Source of the DNA: a bacterium
Lineage (GTDB): Bacteria > Patescibacteriota > Minisyncoccia > Minisyncoccales > GWA2-38-27
Assembly (NCBI GenBank): GCA_029553225.1
Contig: JAKPCP010000060.1
Span: 1-59,696 of the forward strand
Length of the DNA stretch: 59,696 nt
Direction of reading: 5' to 3'
The stretch's first letter is position 1. Every line of letters begins with the position of its first letter. The position numbers and the translations under genes were made by a program. Below, one piece after another: positions 1-7,060 of the stretch. The notes beneath the pieces were generated by a model. That model was given only the letters and a program-made list of their open reading frames with translations, did no database searches and was not told the DNA's origin.

Positions 1-306
1 ACGAATTGCGATTTTAGCACTTGATTCCGGCAAACCTAAACCATAATAATATCTTGCTCGACCTGTTTTCATTCTCGTAATAATTTGCCCCAAAGAATAA
101 ATAAAAGCCACTTCGTCCGCTTGTTTTATTTTCCCTTCGCCTTTTGTTTCAATCAAAAAATATCGGGCATAATTGTTATGTCTAACCCGAATATCAACGC
201 CGTGATCCCGTAATTCGCCAACTTCTAGATTTCTGCCCCAATTATTCCGAAAAAGCCACTTGACTATTGATTGTTTTACAAATTTTTCACTTATCAATTT
301 TTTCAT
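1..306 (-). CDS. PD-(D/E)xK restriction-endonuclease-fold protein, N-terminal 102 aa (gene runs off the window start)
   Basis: Hand translation from ATG 306-304: MKKLISEKFVKQSIVKWLFRNNWGRNLEVGELRDHGVDIRVRHNNYARYFLIETKGEGKIKQ... It stays open to position 1. D-x14-E-x-K (GVDI...LIETKG) fits the nuclease fold. Absent from the ORF track because it is truncated. Confidence 0.55.
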   Translation of the reverse strand, partial: MKKLISEKFVKQSIVKWLFRNNWGRNLEVGELRDHGVDIRVRHNNYARYFLIETKGEGKIKQADEVAFIYSLGQIITRMKTGRARYYYGLGLPESSAKIAIR

Positions 307-431
307 AATAATTTTTACAAAGTTTCTTACTAATCATTTTCAAGCTATTTTATTGATTAATTAAATTTAAATTTTCTTCTCGTCTCTTCTTTAAACAAAT
401 AAACAAATAGTCCATCCGTAATTTTATTTTA

Positions 432-2654
432 CTATAAATCTAATTCTTTCCATTGATTATCAAAATACATCCAGCGACCCTTGTAATTTTTTTCATCAAT
501 ATTTTTAACAATTCCACCGAAAAGATTCTTACCTTTTTTATTTTCTTCTTTGATGTATCTTTGTAAGCCGCCTGATTTTGAAGTAAAATCGCTTAAATGA
601 ACACTATGTGGATCAAATAAACCTATTTTTCCATCTTTTAATTTCACGATAAAATCAACATAAAAAGGTTTCTTCTCACCATTGTTATACGGTACGGCAA
701 AAAATGTTGCATCTCTATCTCCATTTTTGAACCACCATTCAACCTTTTCTGATTTTTCCAAAAAATCAATAAAAGCTGATTCTGATTTCCATTTTTCGTC
801 GCTAAAAAACGGTTGCATAATTGATTTTTTCGTTTCAACTTTTTTATATTCATCGCTGTAAAATAAAATTTTCGGAATATTCCAATTCGGCACATCAACC
901 ATTTCACTTTTTCTCTTTTCAACTTCTTCTTTATATCTTTCTTTTGTTTTGTCTAAAACATTAACAAAGTGTTGAGAATTTTTATCGTTCAAGACTATTT
1001 GGATAATTTCTTCCCAAACATCACCATACCACATTTTTAATTCTTTTTCAAAAAATTTATAGATTGCTTCTTTAACTCTGCCAACAGATCTATCTTCAGG
1101 ATAAAAAGGGGTTAAATTATTTCTTATAAAAAAATCAAATAATTTTTGCATATCAAAGCCACTTGCTTTTATTTCTTTATCGCCTACAATTCTTACTCCA
1201 GCTAAAGTATCAACATCTTCGGCTTTATAGTCCGAGATAATTTTTAGGTCAATTTTTTTCGCTTTAATATCAATCTGTTCCTTTAAATTGTATTCTTTTG
1301 CCTGTTTCAAAAATATTTCTATAAAAAGTGGCGACAATCTCGTTTTTTCGCGGTGTCTTTTCGGGTAGCACGAAAGTAAATTTAATTTAGGGTCAAAACT
1401 CCTCTTGCTCGTGTAAATAGTGATGTAATCTTTGGCAATATCTTCTTGTATTTCTATATTGTCCAAGTTAGTATAAACATATCCATAGTTCAAAATTTCA
1501 TTCTCATAGTGACCCTTATCTGGCTCTGGCATTCGCATAATTCGGCCGACTGTTTGGATTGAAAAAATAGGACTGTGCCACTCTCTAAACAAAACTAAAA
1601 TTTGCGCTCTCGGACAATCCCAGCCCAAAGCGATTGCCTGCTTAAAAAGCAGCACCTCAACTTCGCTGTCTTGCTTCTCAACGCCTTCTTTATTAATGTG
1701 TTCGCCTGATAGCCAAATGGCAAGTTTATTATTACCCTTTTCTATTGAGATTTTATATTTATTTTTCAAAATACTTTCCACCCGCTCCTTTATTCTATCT
1801 TCCAAACTTGTTTTTCTATCGGGTAATTGAATCAAAACCAAAGGATTAACATTAACTCTCTCTTTTTGAAATTCCTTTATTAATTCCTGTCTTTTTTTCA
1901 TCGCCGCATCTATAACTAATTCTTCACTTCCGCCGCTCAGCTTTTGCGTTTTTATTTTTCCTTCCTTAATAAAATTTTCAAAATTATCATTTAAAATCAC
2001 ACCTTTTTTAATCATTCCTTCCCTCTTAACATCCTCTAACTGAACAAACACTTTTTCGTCTTCATCGGTAATAGTTGCTGGCGTTGCCGTAACCTCAATT
2101 GTTAATTTTGGTCCAATCATTTGAATTAAACCCTGCGAAATTTCACTAGTTGCGTGATGATGGGCTTCGTCGATAATTAAGATAATTTCGCGGCCTTCCT
2201 CCTTTGTTCTCTCTAACACTTTAGACAAGTTAAAATCCAGTTCGTTATCACGGATATAGATATTGTCCGCCCTATTAATGCTTTCCCAATTAAAAAACAA
2301 AATTTCATTCTCTCTAATTTTTCTATCATCTAAATCTTCAAAAAATGAACACTTTAAAACCCGAGTATTTTCAAAATAGCTTTCTAACTTATCTCGGCTT
2401 TGAATATAGAGTTGTCTCGGCGCCGTCCAAATAAAACCCAGCGATTGCCTAACTTCTTTATCATTAACTAGTCGTTTTAAAAATTCGGCCATCATTATTG
2501 TTTTTCCCGACCCTGTCGGCGACTTGAAAACCAATTTTTTACTACCAGAATAACCCAAGAGCCGTTTACTCTTGGCCAATAAATCATCAATTGCATTTTC
2601 TTGATAAATTTTTAGTTGCATGGTTATTTTATTTAATTTATATAAATCGAGCAC
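432..2654 (-). CDS. res: Type III restriction-modification Res-like subunit (SF2 helicase/translocase)
   Basis: 740-aa ORF with helicase motifs SPTGSGKT (I), IIDEAHH (II), TATP (III) and QTVGRIMR (VI). Contiguous with mod on the same strand. Start is GTG 2654 or ATG 2621. Confidence 0.8.
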   Translation of the reverse strand: MLDLYKLNKITMQLKIYQENAIDDLLAKSKRLLGYSGSKKLVFKSPTGSGKTIMMAEFLKRLVNDKEVRQSLGFIWTAPRQLYIQSRDKLESYFENTRVLKCSFFEDLDDRKIRENEILFFNWESINRADNIYIRDNELDFNLSKVLERTKEEGREIILIIDEAHHHATSEISQGLIQMIGPKLTIEVTATPATITDEDEKVFVQLEDVKREGMIKKGVILNDNFENFIKEGKIKTQKLSGGSEELVIDAAMKKRQELIKEFQKERVNVNPLVLIQLPDRKTSLEDRIKERVESILKNKYKISIEKGNNKLAIWLSGEHINKEGVEKQDSEVEVLLFKQAIALGWDCPRAQILVLFREWHSPIFSIQTVGRIMRMPEPDKGHYENEILNYGYVYTNLDNIEIQEDIAKDYITIYTSKRSFDPKLNLLSCYPKRHREKTRLSPLFIEIFLKQAKEYNLKEQIDIKAKKIDLKIISDYKAEDVDTLAGVRIVGDKEIKASGFDMQKLFDFFIRNNLTPFYPEDRSVGRVKEAIYKFFEKELKMWYGDVWEEIIQIVLNDKNSQHFVNVLDKTKERYKEEVEKRKSEMVDVPNWNIPKILFYSDEYKKVETKKSIMQPFFSDEKWKSESAFIDFLEKSEKVEWWFKNGDRDATFFAVPYNNGEKKPFYVDFIVKLKDGKIGLFDPHSVHLSDFTSKSGGLQRYIKEENKKGKNLFGGIVKNIDEKNYKGRWMYFDNQWKELDL

Positions 2655-3750
2655 TTTCTATAGCAGTGTTGTCATCACCCCATAGATCAACGAATTTAAT
2701 ATCAAAAGTGGCATTTCTAGGAATAAAATTTGAAGATGTTTTAAAATTTACCTTCCCGTCTTTATTGATAACTCTTTCTAATAAATCTCGTTTATCTAGA
2801 TCAAATATAGGCTGTTTTCTAAATTCGTCTAATAAAGGTGGGGTAAAATTTTTGATGTTTGCCTCCAATATAATTCTCAATCTCTCGGTATATAATTTAG
2901 TTTTTTTCTCTAATACCTGTTTTATATATTCATCGTCAAGACTAAGAAGTAGTCCAATGCCAATTATCAAGGATTTCCTCACTAACGGAATATACTTTTT
3001 AATTTCCTCGACAAAATTATTATCTATTGGTCCTCCTCCGTGTAAAAGTTTACCCCTGGCTTTTCTTATTGATTTAAATAGTTCTGATTCAACACTTATT
3101 GTATCTACAAATAACTTTTTTATTCCAGCTAATGAAATTGAAGATATTTTGTTTCCGCACTTTTTACAATTTATTTTTCTATCCTCTTCATTTATTTGAA
3201 AAAAATCACATAACAATTCATTTATAGATTCGAGCCCGGTCCAAAACGCGACAAACTTATCAATAAATTTCTGTTCCAAATATCCCTTTCTTAACCAAGA
3301 AATAGCCCTTGCTATTCTTAAATCTTGATTTTCATTTTTATTAAAATTATTAAAGATTTTTTCAAAAATTTCTTTATTGATCAAACTAACATTTCTTTCC
3401 GGAAGAGTGATATAAAATACCTGTTTAAAAGGACGGTTTATCAATCCATCTGTAGCTTCATAGAGACTAATAAATAAAGGTGAGTTAGAGGCAGAAGAAG
3501 TTGAAAAATCTATTAAGTTCAATATATTTTCTACAAAAGTTTTTGCCTTTTCCTCTATTTTTTCTATTGGCATTTGGGGTTCTGCTTCTATATAACAATC
3601 AGCATGCAATCCTTGTTTCTGATCATATAAAATTACTTCATTGTTACCAAAATTAAATTTCCAACCCAAAATCTTATCTTCTTCTATGTCTTTACGACTA
3701 CCTATAGAGTTTGGAGTTTCTATACAATATCTTACAAAATATTTTTTCAT
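2638..3750 (-). CDS. HEPN-like (R-x4-H) protein of unknown function embedded in the R-M operon
   Basis: 370-aa ORF. Its ATG at 3750 lies 5 nt after the mod stop, and its stop at 2638 abuts or overlaps the res start. The centre reads FVAFWTGLESINELL...IRKARGKLLHGG (R-x4-H). No methylase or helicase motifs. Confidence 0.5.
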   Translation of the reverse strand: MKKYFVRYCIETPNSIGSRKDIEEDKILGWKFNFGNNEVILYDQKQGLHADCYIEAEPQMPIEKIEEKAKTFVENILNLIDFSTSSASNSPLFISLYEATDGLINRPFKQVFYITLPERNVSLINKEIFEKIFNNFNKNENQDLRIARAISWLRKGYLEQKFIDKFVAFWTGLESINELLCDFFQINEEDRKINCKKCGNKISSISLAGIKKLFVDTISVESELFKSIRKARGKLLHGGGPIDNNFVEEIKKYIPLVRKSLIIGIGLLLSLDDEYIKQVLEKKTKLYTERLRIILEANIKNFTPPLLDEFRKQPIFDLDKRDLLERVINKDGKVNFKTSSNFIPRNATFDIKFVDLWGDDNTAIESARFI

Positions 3751-3755
3751 AATCT

Positions 3756-5387
3756 CTATTTAAAAATTCTCCTATAAACCTGCAAAATTGCTTCGGGGAT
3801 AGGAGATAGTTTAACCTTTTGTTTTATATCATTAAATTCTTCGTCAAAAGTTTCATCACTTAAAGAAAAAACATAGACGCTGAATTTCCCTTTTATATCT
3901 TTAATTGCTTTTTTGAAAGTTGGAATTGCTAGTTGGTCCCAGATGATACCGGTGTAATGGCTTGCGTTTTTGAAAACTTTAAATCTTTCATTATCAATCA
4001 CTTTTTCAAAAGTTCCTTCTTTAACACAAAGCATTTCGGTTGCTTGTTTGGTAAGTTTTATTTTGTTTTCATCTGTTGGCTCTGCGTCAACAAAATCAGT
4101 TTTGAAGTATTTTAAATTTCCGCCCAAACCCATAACTTTCTGGCCTTTCAAATTTTTATATCCTTCAATAACTTTTTTAATTCGCGGATAACAAACATCA
4201 GTACAAATATTATTTTCATTATTGGTACAAAGAATAAATTGGCGATTACCGCCATCCTCTTTATTAAGTTTTAAAACGGCATGTCCGGTCGTGCCAGAGC
4301 CGGCCATGAAATCTAGCACAATCGCGTTTTTATTATTTATTTTGGATAGTAAATACTTAATTAATCTAACTGGTTTTGGGTTGGGGAAAACATTCTTCTC
4401 TGTAGCAAAAATAGTTTTTAATTCTTTGGTTGCCTCCTCGGTCGTTCCAACCAAACTCGCCGATAAAAAATTGATGGGATTTTTTGTTCTTTCTTTTGTC
4501 AAAAAAATTTTCTCATTTAAAACTCCGCCACTACTAATGTAAATTAATTTATTCTTAAAAAGATGGTTTAATCTGTTTTGTGAAATAAACCACTTTTTAG
4601 TTAGTTTCTTCCCACCGGGCAGTATTAGTGTTTTTCTTGGATTTGGATTACTTTCACTCCATAGAGGTTTTGTTCTCCAAGGACCACGAGGATCATTATC
4701 CATATTCCTATAAACCTTTCCAATATAGTCCTCGCTTAACTTGTCTTTTACTAAATCTGTAATTCTTGATGTTCTAGAATACATAAGTATGTATTCTGTT
4801 GTACTAGAGAAACCATCCTCCTTTTTATTTGAAGGTCTAACTTTCTTTTGCCATATTATTGTAGTTTTCTGATGATTTTCTCCAAATAAATCAGGATAAT
4901 CCATTAATAATTTTAACTGCGCTACTTCGTTATCATCGATCGAAATAAAAATTAAGCCCGTATCTTTTAATAGATTCTTTGCTAACTTCAATCTCTTTTC
5001 CATAAATGAAAGCCATTTTGAATGACGGTAGGCATCTTCTTTGTCAACATATCTATCATTAAAAATAAAATCCTTGTTGCCAGTGTTATACGGCGGATCA
5101 ATATAAATAACATCAACTTTGCCAGCGTGAGTGTAATTTAAAACCGAAAGGGCATGATAATTATCGCCCTCAATCAATAAATTTACGGGCTTGTTTTTAT
5201 CAGTTATTATTTCTTTGTTTTTAGCCTCTTTCAGCACTGGCAGTTTTTCTTTACACATCTCAGCTACTTTTTCAGACTTTTCTTCCCAAACAAGCCCATA
5301 TTTTTTCCGTTTCTTCAATTCTTTTTTTAATCGCTCAATCTCGGCTTTCAATTCTTCAAATTCTGATTTTTTATTGTTCTTAGTCAT
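3756..5387 (-). CDS. mod: Type III R-M Mod subunit, N6-adenine/N4-cytosine DNA methyltransferase
   Basis: 543 aa. Motif IV IYIDPPYNTG precedes motif I DFMAGSGTTGHA (beta-class order). GDNYHALSVL block and N-terminal coiled coil. Confidence 0.85.
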   Translation of the reverse strand: MTKNNKKSEFEELKAEIERLKKELKKRKKYGLVWEEKSEKVAEMCKEKLPVLKEAKNKEIITDKNKPVNLLIEGDNYHALSVLNYTHAGKVDVIYIDPPYNTGNKDFIFNDRYVDKEDAYRHSKWLSFMEKRLKLAKNLLKDTGLIFISIDDNEVAQLKLLMDYPDLFGENHQKTTIIWQKKVRPSNKKEDGFSSTTEYILMYSRTSRITDLVKDKLSEDYIGKVYRNMDNDPRGPWRTKPLWSESNPNPRKTLILPGGKKLTKKWFISQNRLNHLFKNKLIYISSGGVLNEKIFLTKERTKNPINFLSASLVGTTEEATKELKTIFATEKNVFPNPKPVRLIKYLLSKINNKNAIVLDFMAGSGTTGHAVLKLNKEDGGNRQFILCTNNENNICTDVCYPRIKKVIEGYKNLKGQKVMGLGGNLKYFKTDFVDAEPTDENKIKLTKQATEMLCVKEGTFEKVIDNERFKVFKNASHYTGIIWDQLAIPTFKKAIKDIKGKFSVYVFSLSDETFDEEFNDIKQKVKLSPIPEAILQVYRRIFK

Positions 5388-5457
5388 AGTCTTAAATTAT
5401 TCCTTTGTTTTTGAAATAAAGAATTTATATTTAACCACAATTATATGGTCAGCCATT

Positions 5458-5628
5458 CTATATTTTATTTGCCAACTCAATAACATTTTCGCCTTTTTTT
5501 CCGGAGTGTAAAAGTATAGCCAAGAGTTCGGAATTAGAAAGTTTTTCCGGGCCATATTGTATTAACTTCTCTCTTGGCCTTTCTACTTTCGGTAGGTCCT
5601 TAATTTTTTTCTTAATTTTCGCATCCAT
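5458..5628 (-). pseudogene. radC: radC N-terminal fragment (56 codons, JAB/MPN domain missing)
   Basis: Hand translation: MDAKIKKKIKDLPKVERPREKLIQYGPEKLSNSELLAILLHSGKKGENVIELANKI*. This matches the RadC N-terminal signature (ERPREKL...LS..ELLAILL). Full-length RadC is about 220 aa. Confidence 0.6.
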
Positions 5629-5894
5629 AATTATTTTTATAATGGTGGCGTAGCAATATCAACCAATCTTCAATACTTCTATAATAATTGATTTTAATAA
5701 ATTAGTAAATGGGATTTTTTATTATTATTCTCGCAGAGAGGGTTAGGAAAAGAACACCTTTTCCTATAACGCTTTTTGCGAAGAAAAAATAAAATTCGTC
5801 CGCCGAAGCGAGGGGCGAAGCCCAAAGCGAGGCGGAAAATGGAAATTTTACTAAATTGCTGTCTGTCTTGGATTCGAATGAGTTGCCCGAAGGA

Positions 5895-5964
5895 ATTCCC
5901 TCACTTCGTTTAAAATGCGGTAGCTAGGTTCTCACCTGCCCCGCATTCAAAATAAATTTTGCTG
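5895..5964. repeat. 70-bp direct repeat, copy A (51-bp perfect core 5914-5964)
   Basis: Core aatgcggtagctaggttctcacctgccccgcattcaaaataaattttgctg is identical to 6921-6971. The preceding 19 nt match at 13/19. Positions 5924-5945 resemble a tRNA-Gln T-arm and acceptor 3' end. Confidence 0.9.
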
Positions 5965-6018
5965 TGTTTTTAGAATAATTTTAAACTTTTAAAAATATAC
6001 AATTTTCTTCCAATCTGT

Positions 6019-6024
6019 TATAAT
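6019..6024 (+). promoter_or_regulatory. Extended -10 (TGTTATAAT) 7 nt upstream of the ATG at 6032; possible leaderless start
   Basis: tgt(6016-6018)+tataat(6019-6024). No Shine-Dalgarno between it and the ATG. Confidence 0.35.
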
Positions 6025-6031
6025 TAATTAT

Positions 6032-6934
6032 ATGCCTTTATCAATTAAAATTTCTCGCCTATCTAATTTTTTAGTTTTTTCCTCAAAAATAGATAAGACT
6101 GATTTAGTTAAATCTAATTTTAAAAAATATCTATTAGATGAAAAGGTTGTTTTATCTTTTTACGGAAAGAGTGAAGATAAAATTTGGAGAAAAATAGAAA
6201 AAATAATCGGAAAAGAAAATATAAAAGAATTAAAAAAATCTATTAACTCCTTAGAACAAATATTTAATCCATATTGGAGTAAAGCATCTAAACACTTGCT
6301 TTTATGGAAACAATATTTTCAAAATAACCAATTTTTGTTTCAACAAGTTTTTATTGAATTAAAAAAATTAAGCGGAATAAAATATTTCGCAGTTTCTAAA
6401 ATTCCGATTTATCTTATTTCAGATTCGGCAAGCAATAATAAGGAAATTAATGCTTGGTTTTCTTGGACACAAAAAGAAAGTTTTATAGTTGTTGAAATTC
6501 CACTTGATCTTAAAGTGCCTAATAACTTCTTTCCACTGGCTGTTTTAACGCATGAATTTTTTCATTTAACGTTGAGAAAAAATAAAAATCTATTTTTAAA
6601 AATTACTAATATTGCCGAAAAAAACGATAAATTATTAATAAAAATTACAGGAAATATTCCAAACAAAATATTTTTAGAAGAATTATTAATCAGCTCATTT
6701 GTTCCAGAAGGTTATTTAAGCGAAAAATATTTTAATACAAAAGTCGCTTCCTATAATTTAACCCCCAAAGATTTATTGGAATGGCGGAAATTTATCGCAT
6801 ATAAGTTTTATCAAAAGGCGAAAAAATATATCGATAATAATTGGCAAATTGACGAAAATTACCTTAAAGATTTAATTGAGGTTATAAAATTTGCTAAAGG
6901 CATTCCCTCGTTTCGCTCGGAATGCGGTAGCTAG
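6032..6934 (+). CDS. Hypothetical protein with HExxH motif (putative metallopeptidase-like)
   Basis: 300-aa ORF with LAVLTHEFFHLTL (HExxH) and downstream acidic residues (FLEELL). The last 11 codons lie inside repeat copy B. Confidence 0.55.
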   Translation: MPLSIKISRLSNFLVFSSKIDKTDLVKSNFKKYLLDEKVVLSFYGKSEDKIWRKIEKIIGKENIKELKKSINSLEQIFNPYWSKASKHLLLWKQYFQNNQFLFQQVFIELKKLSGIKYFAVSKIPIYLISDSASNNKEINAWFSWTQKESFIVVEIPLDLKVPNNFFPLAVLTHEFFHLTLRKNKNLFLKITNIAEKNDKLLIKITGNIPNKIFLEELLISSFVPEGYLSEKYFNTKVASYNLTPKDLLEWRKFIAYKFYQKAKKYIDNNWQIDENYLKDLIEVIKFAKGIPSFRSECGS

Positions 6935-6971
6935 GTTCTCACCTGCCCCGCATTCAAAATAAATTTTGCTG
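6902..6971. repeat. 70-bp direct repeat, copy B (overlaps the last 3 nt of tRNA-Gln)
   Basis: Offset is exactly 1007 bp from copy A. Contains hairpin aatgcgg(6921-6927)/ccgcatt(6948-6954) and the pseudo tRNA 3' half at 6931-6952. Confidence 0.9.
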
Positions 6972-7039
6972 CGGGGCTAGGATTCGAACCTAGATTAGCG
7001 GTTCCAAAGACCGTTGTCCTACCATTAGACGACCCCGCA
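6969..7039 (-). tRNA. tRNA-Gln (anticodon UUG)
   Basis: Hand-folded 71-nt cloverleaf: TGCGGGG TC GTCT AATGGTA GGAC A ACGGT CTTTGGA ACCGC TAAT CTAGG TTCGAAT CCTAG CCCCGCA G. U1-A72 and G73 are typical of bacterial tRNA-Gln. CCA is not encoded. Confidence 0.9.
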
Positions 7040-7060
7040 ATAAATTTTCAATTTTCAATT

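Noticed and set aside
2591-3199. A 202-aa plus-strand ORF antisense to the HEPN-like gene. Many similar antisense or nested ORFs appear in the track (644-922, 3933-4542, 5191-5511, 9432-9683, 10563-10883, 12590-12835, 16075-16263, 20636-21912, 32081-32754, 34956-35156, 36674-36871, 40186-40377, 47353-47577, 48543-48743, 54540-54740, 55091-55273, 55696-55896, 56956-57174).
   Set aside because: They are low-complexity Phe/Leu/Ile/Ser-rich translations opposite well-supported genes. They lack SD sequences and motifs. This is typical shadow-ORF behaviour in AT-rich DNA, where stop codons are depleted on the antisense strand of Lys/Asn/Glu-rich genes.
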